Source: Dendrobates tinctorius
Lineage: Eukaryota
Reading direction: 5' to 3'
DNA: 64,000 nt
NCBI RefSeq assembly: GCF_039654945.1
Contig: NW_027361766.1
Span: forward strand, 28,582,001-28,646,000
This document shows, one piece after another, positions 1 to 12,454 of this stretch (the first letter of the stretch is position 1; the number at the start of each line of letters is the position of its first letter). The position numbers and the translations under genes are program-made. The notes beneath the pieces were generated by a model that saw only the letters and a list, made by a program, of their open reading frames with translations, was not told where the DNA came from and did not search any database.

Positions 1-344
1 AGGGACAAGAGTACAAAGTACCCCCTAAATAAATCTCTGGGACTAAATATAGTCAAGAGGTGGAGTAATCTAAACATAATGATCCACAAAAGAGAACCAA
101 CGGAGTAACCATGAACCACCAGTAAGGTTAAAAAATAGTTTATTGAAAGAAATATATTAAATGGTTATTACCATTATATACACATGGTTCTAGGAGGGAG
201 AGCATCAAAATTCAATATAAAATTCAACACTCCACAGAAAATCACATCTTGAAATAATATATAAGCAGAAAACATAACATTATAACAGCCAAGTGGCCAT
301 GAACACTAGGTGAAAAAAGTATAGTTGTTAAAGAATGTTGCTTA

Positions 345-502
345 CTTATAGATTGTAAGCTTGCGAGCAGGGCCCTCATTCCTCTTGGCATCTGTTTTGA
401 TCTGTGAGTTTTTTATGCTGTAATGTCTTTTTTCAAGTCCCCTCTAAAATGTAAAGTGCTGCCGAATATGTCGGTGCTATAGAAAAAAACTTGTTATTAT
501 TA
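345..502 (+). mobile_element. L2 LINE 3' tail fragment
   Basis: atagattgtaagcttgcgagcagggccctcattcctcttgg...tgtaaagtgctgc...gctatagaaa, closely matching the 3' end of the L2 copy at ~18300-18475. Confidence 0.8.
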
Positions 503-540
503 CCCATAATGAGGGAGGATAGGATGAGCCCACCATGCTG

Positions 541-578
541 CCCCGACGCGCGTTTCATGGTTAAGCTTTCTCAAGGAG
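541..578 (-). ncRNA. Degenerate minimal hammerhead ribozyme motif (PLE type)
   Basis: Minus strand CUCC-UUGAGAA-AGCUUAACCAU-GAAA-C-GCGC-G-UC-GGGG: U3-A8 core variant, palindromic stem III loop, 4-bp stem I, poorly paired stem II. Confidence 0.55.
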
Positions 579-2719
579 AAGTTTCCTCTATTCCCATCTT
601 ATCCGCCATCATTCTGGGAAACAACACTCTTTTTAATAGCTATACTTTTTCACCTAGTGTTCATGGCCATTTGGCTTTTATAATAAGTTTTCTACTTATA
701 CATTGCTTCAAGAGGTGATTTTTCTGATGGTGGTTGCATTTTATATTGGATTTTTGATGCTCTTCCTTCATTGTAGATCCATGGGTGTGTTTTTAGAATT
801 ATAGTAATGTTTTTAATATAATTTTTTCAATTAACTTTTTTAACCTTATTGGTGGTTCATGGTTACTCTGTTGGTTCTCTTTTGTGGTTCATTACTCTTA
901 AGTGGTCAGAACCGCCCTCTTTAAGGGTAGTACTCAATACTTTATCCATTATGTTTTACTGTATGATCCAAAGCCTGTTTCAGAGAGTGCCCTTATTAGA
1001 AGTGTCCAGTTTCTATGGAATTATGTCGACGGTTTAGGGATAGAATATATGGTGTCTTTTTTTTTTTTTTTTTTTGTTTTTAGGGATTTTCTTTGAATAA
1101 TGGAATGATTGAAATGATACAAATATCGTCCTCAACGTTGTTGCCTCCACTGTGTGTACCTGCATGCTGTAGAACACTGTATCCTGTTATTGCTGACAAC
1201 TATTCTTGTATACATGTATGTAGGGGACAGTAAGCTACTCCTATCACTGCAATAAACATCCGCACTATACAGTTAGTTTCCATAAGATAATGCTTTACTA
1301 TCATCTGTCATATCGGTTAAACGGGTGGTCCACCACATTAATAGTGAAGTTCCAAAAAAAAATAAAAAAAATCCTCCTGAATGGGCTACACTTTCCAACT
1401 CTTGCAGTTAACACCCCTGCCAGTCTGGTGGCAGCAACATCCGGTGGAGAGCATCACTTGATGGCTGGCAGCTGTGAGCGTGGAGGAGCTGTGCCAGTCC
1501 GACAGGTGGGTACAGGCACACACATGCTTTGGGCACATGGAGCTTCACTGTTAATGTGGTTGCAAACCATTCAATAAATTCATCTTGAAAAAAATTAAAA
1601 ACTGTAGTAGGGCTTGTTCACAGTGCAGGTTTTTGTTTTGTGTTTTTTTTTGTTTTTTTTTTAATCCAAGCAAAACCAAGGTTTGCTCTAAAAAGTTGAT
1701 CAAAGCTAAAAAAAAAAAAATATAAAAAAATTTGACCAATCTGTAAGTACCCTGGGCCTTTTTCTATTCCTCTGTAATTGCTCTTCCATATTGCATTGTG
1801 GGAGCAGGAGATAAAGGAGAGGAAATGTATTTTTTATAGCTGGATACGCACAATTTATGAGCGTTTGTGGGGGTAATTCCTTTAATTAATGAGAGTATGG
1901 TTGACTTTTTTAAGCTGATGTATTGAATGCATCAAAATATGGAAAATGCCTCTTCTCAGCTTGTAGCAAGTATATGATGGCTTTTTGCCCTGTCATGTGA
2001 CACTAAACGGAACAGAAATCTGATTTTGCTATTACGGTATTTGGTTTTAAAAAGAAAAAATGTTTTCCCTTGTGAAAGAGTTTACAGATCGAGGTCTTTT
2101 TTCATCTATTCATTGCAATGTAGTTCCCTTAATAAACAGTGTGTAGCTGAAATGGTTTCAACTTCTTTTCCTATAACAATTTTATTTTTTATTTTTTTAT
2201 ATATTAAGCAGGTTAAATAAAATTAAAATCACAAATCCTGTCTTGAGACGCACTAGGAACACGCCCATACAGGTTAGATATAAGTTTTCTGTATTTCCCG
2301 CCGATCATGAGCAGAGGAGTCGTGTCTCCTCCTTTGACTGGAGCGGTAGTGTGCATGCTCGGCAAGTATTCCAATACGTGTCTGTAGGATTGATATACAC
2401 AGTCGAGTACAGCGCTTGGCTTTCTCTTTGTCCCTTAAAGCAGACTGTCAGGGCAGAATTACTGTTCAAACCAAGTGCAGGCGCTTGCTGCACCCTTCAG
2501 GTGACCAAACATTTAAATACAACTTCAAACCTGTTATGCACCTGTCCTGGATACTTGCTTTGCTTCCTTCACCCGGTCCGCTAAACTCTGTGGTGCTCTG
2601 TCAGACTTTGCAGATGGTCTGGCATACTCCCATATGAGCATCAGCCCAGGCCTATATAAGGCTCACTGAAACATACCCTAGTGTCTTGATATTGTATTAA
2701 GACACTAGGGTATCACTCT

Positions 2720-2900
2720 GCCCTCGGTTTCCTGCATTCTGCACGCCTGCGGTTTCCTCCACTCTGCCTGTCTTTCTGCGGTTTCATCTACTCTGCCCGC
2801 CTTCCTGCGGTTTCCTCCACTCTGCCCGCCTGCCTGTGGTTTCCTGCACTGTGCCCGCCTGCCTGTGGTTTCATGCACTGTGCCCGCCAGCGGTTTCCAA
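2720..2900. repeat. Short degenerate tandem repeat (~25-30 bp unit, cctgcggtttcctccactctgcc-like)
   Basis: About 6 imperfect copies visible; may lie inside an old LTR. Confidence 0.6.
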
Positions 2901-4294
2901 CATCCAGTCTGTGGTCTACTGTCCCACGTGCCCCACCTAGCTGCTGCAGCTACACTCGCAGCCCATGTGTCCACCCTGACCTTCGGCTTCGTGGATTCAC
3001 CTCGCCTAGTGAGCTTACCGCCACTTTGTTTTCCCTCTATCTCTTCATCACCTCTTCTTTGATTGCCACATCTGGATTCATAGGGCCAGAGAAGGGTGGA
3101 GGTAGATGGGAAAACAAGTAAGTGTGAAGGTTCACTTAACAGTTTGACCACACTGGGGTGCACCGAGCACTTGTACTTGACCATTTTAAACTGTAAATGG
3201 AGCAGCAGTGTACTTTTTTCGACTTTTTTTTTGTTAGGAAAATCTGTCAATACAGATACCATCTTCCAACATTATGGCAGGAGTGACTACAATTCCGTCT
3301 CACACTATTTCACAATATCAGTGCTGCATTATAGCCACAATTCACTTATTGGTTTCTTGAGGGGCAGTATAACTGTATATAACTAAAACATTTCTGACAT
3401 AATTGCAAGAAAATATATTAAATACAGCTTTGTGTAAAGTATCAAAAAGCAGAAAAAAATATTAAATGCAGCAAAAGCCAGACGCTCCTTCACTGGAGGT
3501 ATAGAGTTCAAGATACATTTATAGGAGAGGGCGGTTCAGTGCTGCCAGCCCCAACTAGAAAAGCCCTTATACTTTGGTCTTCAGTGGCAGGTGAATATTG
3601 GTGTACTTATTTTTCCAGGAGAGGATGGTGGGTAGTAGCATGCACAATTCCATATAAATTGTTACAGACCGCTTTGATTGTGCAGTTGCTCATCACTGTA
3701 TGTTCCAACACTAAACTTCCATTTTTTTTTTTTTGATCACTGTGTGTCGCTGGTGTCAGTGACAGGACATCATGTACTCCTGTGGCATTCTGTTCTGATA
3801 TTTGTTGTTTGTGCTGCCTAATTCCATTGGCGCTCTTTTCACTGCTCTTCTACACAATCGCTTAATTGGGCAGGGATACCGCTGTCAAGTAACATCGGTC
3901 CTGTTCTGTGTGCGCCTCTAACCAGTTCTACACCTGTTTGATTGCATGTGTATAATTCTACCTCTGTCCTTGGATTCCACCCACTGTCTAGTCCTTTGGA
4001 TTGTCTACCTCTAACTGTAGCTCTACCCATGACACAGGATTACAAGATACATTGAGCGCCTGTGCTTGGTTAGAACAGTCATTTTGTACTGACTGACTTT
4101 AAATCTAGAGGTGCAATTATGTAACTGCACTTTCCATATACGAATGAATACACAAATTCAGCTATTGCTATAAAAGTAAAGTACGGGGTTTTTAGCGCAC
4201 ACTTTGATCAATATTTGTCAGCCTATCTGGCAGCAACAGATGATGTAACACACAAATTTACATGTGTAGCGCTAATGGAAGTCGTGTATTCAAT

Positions 4295-5111
4295 TGTTAT
4301 GAATGAGTCACCGAAGGAGGAAAAAACAAAAATACAAGCTAAGTCCAGAAAACCGGAGAGGTTGGTAGCTATCGGATTGCAGACCCCTGATCCTATCCAC
4401 AACAACTAACAGTAGCCGTGGGGGGTTCCTACGATGCCCTAGACCCCTCGATCACAGCCGGAGAACTAAATAGGCCTAAAGAAAGAAAAAGGGGAAATCT
4501 AAACTGCCCCAGAGCCGACCCCAAAGCAATAGGCAGCCCCCAACATATAATGACGGTGAAGCAAGATGAAAACACTAACACAGATAGAAAGATATGTTGA
4601 GCATACGATGGGGCCAAAGCTAACTAAAAAGGACAGGATAGAAAAGCTGCTGTCTGCAATCTGTAAAAAACCCTACCAAAAAATGTCCCAACCGTCTGAT
4701 AGGAAAAACAGGCCCTGAAGTCGCTAGGACTTCAAAAAGACTATATCAGCACTCAGGTAAATTCTGAAGACAGAGCAAAGAGACAAACTGATCAGAGACA
4801 AAAATGGAACTCAGCACACCCCCGACCGGGGATGGCTGAACTCCAAAAAACAAGGAAAACAAAACTAAGTTCACTAGCAGAGCAAAAACTTATCTTTGGG
4901 AAGCAGGAATCAGACTGGTCTCCAAGAATCCAGCAGAGAAATCACCAGCGACTCAGAATGGCGTCGGCTGCCTTATATCCAGTCAGAATTTCCGGTTACC
5001 CAGTCATCATCTACCAGATCAGGTGTTTGGTAATCAGCCTCACTACCTTCCTTGACCAGAAGAGGGAGTTCATCAGACATTGACGGTGAAGGGGAAAATG
5101 AACTCACAACA
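4295..5111 (-). repeat. 3' LTR of Gypsy copy 1 (817 bp)
   Basis: Direct repeat of 10023-10823; immediately follows the polypurine tract. Confidence 0.95.
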
Positions 5112-8100
5112 GTACCTCCCCCTTGAGGAGGGGTCACCGAACCCTCATCCACGCCACCAGGGCGATCAGGATGGGCCAGATGAAAGGCACAAACCAATCT
5201 TTCGGCATGGATATCGGATGCAGGGACCCAAGAATTATCCTCCTGGCCATAACCCTTCCATTTAACCAAATACTGAAGTCTCCGTCTAGCCAGGCGAGAA
5301 TCCAGTATCTTCTCAACCTCATATTCCACATTGCCTCCAACCAATACCGGGTCAGGAGGTGCCACCACAGGAACTACTGGCTCAACAAACCCCTTTAACT
5401 GAGACTTATGAAACACGTTATGGATCTTAAATGTAACAGGAAGAGCCAATCGAAGAGACTGGATTAAGAATCTCCAAAATCTTGTAAGGTCCACTAAATC
5501 TAGGTTTAAACTTTGGAGAAGCCACCTTCATAGCGATATTCTTTGATGACAACCAAACCATATCACCCACCTTAAACTGGGGACCAATGGTCCTATGCCG
5601 GTTGGAAAACCGCTGGGACTTTTCCTGGGAGAGAGACAACTTATCCACCACTTGGTCCCAGATCTGGTGCATTCTCTCCACCACAGTGCCAACACCTGGG
5701 CAGGCAGAAGGCTCCACCTGCCCTGAAGAGAATCGAGGATGAAACCCAAAGTTACAAAAAAAAAAAGTGACATCAAAGTGGCAGAACTAGCTCTATTATT
5801 TAAAGCAAATTCGGCCAAGGGCAAAAATGAAACCCAATCATCCTGATCAGCAGAAATAAAACATCTCAAATACGACTCCAAAGTCTGGTTTGTTCTCTCC
5901 GTCTGCCCATTGGTCTGAGGGTGAAACGCATAGGAGAAGGACAACTGAATTCCCAGCTTGGAACAGAAAGTCCTCCAAAATCTAGACACAAACTGAACTC
6001 CTCTGTCAGATACAATGTTCTCAGGAATCCCGTGCAAGCGAACCACCTGTTGCAAAATCAAGGGCACCAACTCTGAGGAAGATGGCAACTTAGGGAGTGG
6101 TACAAGATGGACCATCTTAGAGAATCTATCACAAATCACCCAAATAACAGTCATTCTCTGAGAGACAGGCATATCAGAGATAAAATCCATTGAAATATGG
6201 GTCCATGGCCTCCTCTGCACCGGCAAAGGCATCAACAACCCACTAGAGCGAGAACAAGGTTTAGACCGAGAACAAGTCCCACAGGACTGCACAAAATTCC
6301 TGACATCACGAGACAAGGCGGGCCACCAAAAAGACCGACTCACCAAATCTCTAGCACCAAAAATACCTGGATGACCAGCCAATGAGGAGCAATGAACTTC
6401 AGACATCACTCTCTTCCTCCACTGGTCAGGAACATACAACTTTCCAATGGGACAACGCTCAGGTTTGTCCTCCTGAAACTCTTCCAGAGCACGTCTCAAA
6501 TCGGGCAAGATGGCAGAAAGAACTACCCCCTCACCTAAGATGGTAGCAGGCTTGGTCACAACAGGAGAATCAGCAAAGAAACTCCTAGAGAGGGCGTATG
6601 CCTTGACATTCTTAGTGCCAGGAAGAAAATTGACCACAAAATCAAAACGTGTGAAAAACAAGGCCCACCTAGCCTGTCTAGGATTCAAGCGTTTGGCCGA
6701 CTCCAGGTAAATCAAATTCTTGTGGTCAGTAAGGACCACGACTTGATGTTTAGCTCCCTCCAACCAATGTCTCCACTCCTCAAATGCCCATTTCATGGCT
6801 AACAGTTCCTGATTCCCCACATCATAGTTACGTTCGGATGGGGAGAACTTTCGGGAAAAGAAAGCACAGGGATTCATTTTAGATGTTACAGGATCTTTTT
6901 GGGACAAAACAGCTCCTGCACCAATCTCAGAAGCGTCCACCTCTACCTGAAACGGGAGTGAGACATCAGGTTGCCGCAAAACCGGAGCAGAAGTGAACCT
7001 TCGCTTCAGCTCCTGAAAGGAAGAAACAGCTTCCGGAGACCAATTCAGCACATCAGCACGCTTCTTAGTCAAATCAGTCAATGGTTTGGCAATACCAGAA
7101 AAATTAACTATAAATTTACGATAAAAATTAGCAAAACCCAAAAATTTCTGGAGGGCCTTCAAAGAAGTGGGCTGAACCCAATCATAAATGGCTTGTACCT
7201 TGGCCGGGTCCATTTCAATAGTTGACGGAGACAAAATAAATCCCAAAAATGAAATCCTCTGTACACCAAAAAGGCATTTCGATCCCTTGACATACAGGGA
7301 ATTCTCCCTCAAAATCCGGAACACAGTCCGAACAAGTTCCACATGAGTCCCAATCCTTGGAAAAGATCAAAATATCATCCAGATAGATGATCAAAAATGT
7401 ATCCACCAAGTCTCGGAAAATATCATTCATGAAGCACTGGAAGACAGAAGGGGCATTAGTGAGCCCAAAAGGCATCACCAGGTACTCAAAATGTCCCTCC
7501 GGAGTATTAAACGCCGTCTTCCATTCATCCCCATGCTTAATGCGAATAAGATTATACGCCCCCCTGAGGTCAAGCTTTGTAAACCAGCAAGCACCTTTAA
7601 TTCTGGAGAGTAGATCAGAAATCAGGGGTAACGGATACTGATATTTAACAGTAATTTTGTTGAGGGAACGATAGTCAATACAAGGCCTTAATAACCCATC
7701 TTTCTTAGCCACGAAAAAAACCCCAGCACCTAAGGGTGAAGAGGATGGTCTAATATGACCCTTCTCCAACGACTCCTTAATATAGGATCGCATAGCCTCG
7801 TGTTCGGGTACAGATAAATTGAAAAGTCGACCCTTGGGAAATTTACACCCAGGGCTCAGCTCATTTGCACAGTCATAACTCCTATGAGGAGGCAAAGGCG
7901 CAGACTCATTCTCACTAAATACATCATAATAATCAGCCAAATAGTCAGGAACATCATGCGACTGGGGAGAGGTGGAGAAAACAGGAGCATCACTAAGGGC
8001 ACACCGACAACCCCAACTCACCACAGACACAGATTTCCAATCCAAAACTGGATTATGGATTTGCAACCAGGGAAAACCCAGAACAATGGTATCATGCAAA

Positions 8101-8224
8101 TTATGCAACACCAAAAATCTGCAATTCTCTTGATGGTCTGGGGCGACCCGCATTACCACCTGGGTCTAAAACTGAGGTTTATTCTTCACCAAAGGAGTAG
8201 CATCAATACCCCTCAAAGGGATAG
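4973..8224 (-). pseudogene. pol: Gypsy pol (protease C-part, RT, RNase H, integrase, chromodomain), frameshifted
   Basis: RT motifs [21 protein letters not shown] and YLDD; RNase H DAS and TDHKNL; integrase HHCC and DFI...SDRG...GQTE; chromodomain YEVEKILDSR...YLVKWKGY...NSW; split over 4 ORFs. Confidence 0.95.
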
Positions 8225-8506
8225 AAAATATGGGAAGCAAGGTGTGCCACAGTCCGCGCTGCTGAGTCCACAAAATCACCTGGGATGCAAGATGTTGTAA
8301 CAAAGTACTTCTTCCTTCCTACGCGTTTCGGCGCCCTTCCTGGCACCTTCCTCAGGTGATACTGTGTTATGTCTTCAAGCCAGTTGTGGGTCACACAACT
8401 GGAATAGGTGAGTGGAACTGCATTACACCACTCACATTGTAGTGTCACTAGTGATAGGGCACTATTGCGCCTCTTGTTCCCCCACCCTTTTTGTATTGAT
8501 ATAGTA
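8225..8506. mobile_element. 282-bp non-coding insertion with 14-bp TSD, carrying a hammerhead motif (PLE-derived or retrozyme-like)
   Basis: cctcaaagggatag at 8211-8224 and 8507-8520; the insertion is absent from the collinear copy 2 at ~58305-58320. Confidence 0.9.
8318..8357 (-). ncRNA. Minimal type I hammerhead ribozyme motif
   Basis: C-CUGAGGA-A-GGUGCC-AGGAAG-GGCGCC-GAAA-CGCG-UA-GG: canonical core, 6-bp stem II, palindromic ACGCGU stem III, weak stem I. Confidence 0.7.
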
Positions 8507-9460
8507 CCTCAAAGGGATAGGCGTCCGCAGAGGTGTCATAGGAAATTCACAATGTTTAGCGAAATCCAAGTCCATCAGGTTCAGAGCTGCTCCCGAATCC
8601 ACAAAAGCCTTAGCGGAAAATGTGGACAGGGAGCAGATCAGAGTAATTGCCAGAAGAAACTTAGGTTGAACACCACCCACAGCAAATGTGTGTGCAAAAC
8701 GTTTCTCTCGTTTAGGGCAGACAGAAATAATATGCAAGGCATCACCACAGAAGAAACACAGCTTATTATGCCTTCTGAACTCCTGACGTTGCGCCCTAGA
8801 CGAAACTCTATCACATTGCATAGGTTCAGACATTTGTTCAACAGGTGGCAACACCTCTGGTGCGGTTTTGCGTTCACGCAAACGCCGATCAACCTGAATG
8901 GCTAATGACATAGAATCGTCAAGACCAGAGGGAACAGGAAATCCCACCATAGTATCTTTTACAGTTTCTGACAAACCCTTCCGAAAGAGAGCTGCCAAGG
9001 CTCCATCATTCCAGGTAGTAAGGACCGCCCACTTTTGGAATTTTTGACAGTACAACTCTGCAGAATCCCGACCCTGGCGCAATGCCAACAGGGCCTTTTC
9101 AGCCTGATCAATAGCATTAGGTTCATCATACAACAACCCCAAGGCTTGAAAAAATGCGTTCACATTAGTAAGAATAGGATCATCAGGTTTCAAAGAAAAC
9201 GCCCAATCCTGGGGATCACCGCGCAGCAAGGAGATGACAATTTTAACCTGCTGCGCGGAGCTCCCCGACGAGTTAGGCTTCAAGGCAAAAAATAATTTAC
9301 AATTATTCTTAAAATTCAAAAATTTAGACAGATCCCCAAAAAGCACATCAGGTGTAGGGATCTTTGGTTCAGCAGCCTGTGAATGAGCAAGATAGGCGGA
9401 AATTCCCCGCACTTCAGCAGTGAGCTGCTCCACACGATCAGACAATTGCTTCATCTCCAT
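8507..9460 (-). pseudogene. gag: Gypsy gag with zinc knuckle and protease N-part, interrupted by an insertion
   Basis: ORF 8462..9460 with CFFCGDALHIISVC knuckle and VDSGA protease site; collinear with copy 2. Confidence 0.93.
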
Positions 9461-9603
9461 TGAGAAAGAAAAAAAAAATTCCCCCTACGGCCTCAGAGAC
9501 ATAGAGGATAAAATATACACATAAAAAAAAAAAAAAAAATTCTGACAAACTTTTTTTTTTTTTTACAATTCTCACCTGCTATTGAGTACCCTAGGATCTG
9601 CGG

Positions 9604-10022
9604 TGTTGTGAGTTCATTTTTCCCTTCACTATTGAGGTCTGATGAACTCCCTCCTCTGGTGAAGGAAGGTAGTGAGGCTGATTATCAGACACCTGGGCAG
9701 CTAGATGATGACTGGGTGGCTGGAATTGAGGACTGGATATAAGGCTGCCAACGCCCTTCTTCCTGGCTGGTGATTTTCCTGCTGGATTCTTGGAGACCAG
9801 TCTGATTCCTGCATCTCAAAGCTAAGTTTTTCTGCTCTGCTTTGTACTCTTCTGTTTTGTTTTGCCTTGTTTTTTGGGAGTTCTTCCATCCCCGGCCGGG
9901 GGTGAGCTGAATTCCATTTTTGTCTCTGATCTGTTGATCTTTTGCTCTGTCTTCAGAATATACCTGAGTGCTGATATAGTCTTTTGAAGCCTAGCTACTT
10001 CAGGGCCTGTTTTTCCTATCCT
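9604..10022 (+). mobile_element. 5' portion of a related Gypsy LTR, in inverted orientation, replacing the PBS of copy 1
   Basis: Starts tgttgtgagttcatttt like the other LTRs but on the opposite strand to its host; sequence differs from both full copies. Confidence 0.9.
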
Positions 10023-10823
10023 ACCGAAGGAGGAAAAAACAAAAATACAAGCCAAGTCCAGAAAACCGGAGAGGTTGGTAGCTATCGGATTGCAGACCCC
10101 TGATCCTATCCACTACAACTAACAGTAGCTGTGGGGGGTTCCTACGATGCCCTAGACCCCTCGATCACAGCCGGAGAACTAAATAGGCCTAAAGAAAGAG
10201 GGGAAATCTAAACTGCCCCAGAGCAGACCCCAAAGCAATAGGCAGCCCCCAACATATAATGACGGTGAAGCAAGATGAAAACACTAACACAGATAGAAAG
10301 ATAGCTTGGGCCCCATCGTTTGCTCAACCTAACTAAAAAGGACAGGATAGAAAAGCTGCTGTCTGCAATCCATAAAAAACCCTACCAAAAAATGTCCCAA
10401 CCGTCTGATAGGAAAAAAAGGCCCTGAAGTCGCTAGGACTTCAAAAAGACTATATCAGCACTCAGGTAAATTCTGAAGACAGAGCAAAGAGACAAACTGA
10501 TCAGAGACAAAAATGGAACTCAGCACACCCCCAACCGGCGATGGCTGAACTCCAAAAAACAAGGAAAACAAAACTAATAAGTTTTTGCTCTGCTAGTGAA
10601 CTTATCTTTGGGAAGCAGGAATCAGACTGGTCTCCAAGAATCCAGCAGAGAAATCACCAGAGACTCCGAAGGCCGTCGGCTGCCTTATATCCAGTCAGAA
10701 TTTCCTGTTACCCAGTCATCATCTACCAGATCAGGTGTTTGGTAATCAGCCTCACTACCTTCCTTCACCAGAAGAGGGAGTTCATCAGACATTGACGGTG
10801 AAGGGGAAAATGAACTCACAACA
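10023..10823 (-). repeat. 5' LTR of Gypsy copy 1 (U5 tip lost, two micro-inversions)
   Basis: Direct repeat of ~4310-5111. Confidence 0.93.
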
Positions 10824-10856
10824 TTCAATGTTTGCAGCCTGCTCATTGAATATGTA

Positions 10857-12454
10857 CACTACCGTTCAAAAGTTTAGGGTCACTTAGAAATTTCCTTATG
10901 TTTGAACGGCAAGCACAGTTTTTTTTTCTAATGAAGCTAACATTAAATCATTCAGAAATACACTATACATTGTTAATGTGATAAATGACTAGCTGCAAAT
11001 GTCTGGTTTGTAACGCAGTATCTTCATATAGGTGTATAGAGGCCCATTTCCAACAACCATCACTCCAGTGTTCTTATGGTACTTTGTGTTTGCTAACTGT
11101 AAGAAGGCTAATGGATGGTTAGAGTACCCTTGAAAACCCTTGTGCAAGTTTGTTAGCACAGCTGAAAACAGTTTGGCTGATTAGAGAAGCTATAAACCTG
11201 ACCTTCCTTTGAGCTAGTTGGGAATCTGGAGCATTACATTTGTTGGCTCCATTAAACTCTCAAAATGGCCAGAAAAAAAGAACTTTCATGTGAAACTCGA
11301 CAGTCTGTTCTTGTTCTTAGAAATGAAGGTTATTCCATGCGAGAAATTGCCAAGAAAATGAAGTTTTCCTACAACAGTGTGTATTACTCACTTCAGAGGA
11401 GAGCACAAACAGGCTCTAACCAGAGTAGAAAAAGAAGTGGAAGGTCCCACTGCACAACTGAGCAACAAGACAAGCACATTAGTCTAGTTTGAGAAATCGA
11501 CGCTTCGTAGGTCCTCAACTGGCAGCTTCATTAAATAGTACACGCAAAACACTAGTGTCAACGTCTACAGTGAAGAGGTGACTCCGGGATGCTGGCCTTC
11601 AGGGCAGAGTGGCAAAGAAAAAGCCATATCTGAGACTGGATAATAAAAGGAAAAGATTAATATGGGCAAAAGAACACAAAGATTGGAAAGAGCAAGATTG
11701 GAAAAAGTGTTATGGACAGATGAATCCAAGTTTGAGGTGTTTGGATCAAACAGAAAAACGTTTGTGAGATGCAGCACAACTGAAAAGATGCTGGAAGAGT
11801 GCCTGATGCCATCTGACAAGCATAGTGGAGGTAATGTGATGGTCTGGGGTTGCTTTAGTGCTGGTAAAGTGGGAAATTGTACAAGGTAAAAGGGATTTTG
11901 AATAAGGAACGCAATCACTTCATTTTGCAACACTATGCCATACCCCGTGAACAGCGCTTGATTGGAGCTAATTTCATCCTACAACAGGACAATGACCCAA
12001 AGCACAACTCCAAATTATGCAAGAACTATTTAGGGAAGAAGCAGGCAGCTGGTATTCTATCTGTAATGGATTGGCCAGCGCAGTCACCAGATCTCAACCC
12101 CATTGAGCTGTTGTTGGTGCCGCTTGATCATATGGTACGCAAAAAGTGCCCATCAAGCCATACCAACTTGTTGGAGGAGCTTCTGGAAGTATGGGGTGAA
12201 ATTTCTCCGTACTACCTCAGCAAATTATCTGCTAGAATGCCAAAGGTCTGCAATGCTGTAATTGCTGCAATGGGAGTACTATTTAACGAAAGCAAAGCTT
12301 GAAGGAGAAAATTATTTCAAATAAAAATCTATTTTTCGAACCTTGTCAATGTCTGGACTAGATTTTAAATTAATTTGGCAACTCATTTGATTAATAAAAG
12401 TATGAGTTGGAAAACACAATTGTTTGGGTGACCCCAAACTTTTGAACGGTAGTG
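10857..12454 (+). mobile_element. Tc1/mariner DD38E (Intruder-type) transposon, decayed
   Basis: TA TSDs; TIR cactaccgttcaaaagttt / aaacttttgaacggtagtg; 38 residues between the D of QQDN and the E of NPIE. Confidence 0.92.
11265..12302 (+). pseudogene. DD38E transposase with frameshifts
   Basis: HTH N-terminus plus WTDESKFE, QQDNDPKH and SPDLNPIE spread over three ORFs. Confidence 0.92.

Larger units (their letters stand above)
78..890. repeat. Diverged inverted-repeat pair (arms ~78-230 and ~735-890), probably PLE pLTR remnants
   Basis: gatccacaaaagagaaccaacggagtaaccatgaaccacc near 81 is the imperfect reverse complement of ggtggttcatggttactctgttggttctcttttgtgg near 851; a hammerhead-like motif lies between the arms. 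Confidence 0.6.
4295..10823 (-). mobile_element. Ty3/Gypsy chromovirus (Tf1/sushi-type) LTR retrotransposon, copy 1, inactivated
   Basis: TG...CA termini, ttcaat duplicated at 4289-4294 and 10824-10829, PPT at 5112-5124, domain order gag-PR-RT-RH-IN-chromodomain. Confidence 0.97.

Noticed and set aside
2532-3140. Possible solo LTR (TG start, TATA-like motif, internal repeats)
   Set aside because: No matching CA end or TSD could be identified
900-4290. Host gene exons among the short ORFs
   Set aside because: The ORFs are short, low-complexity and lack recognisable domains; small exons cannot be excluded without transcript data
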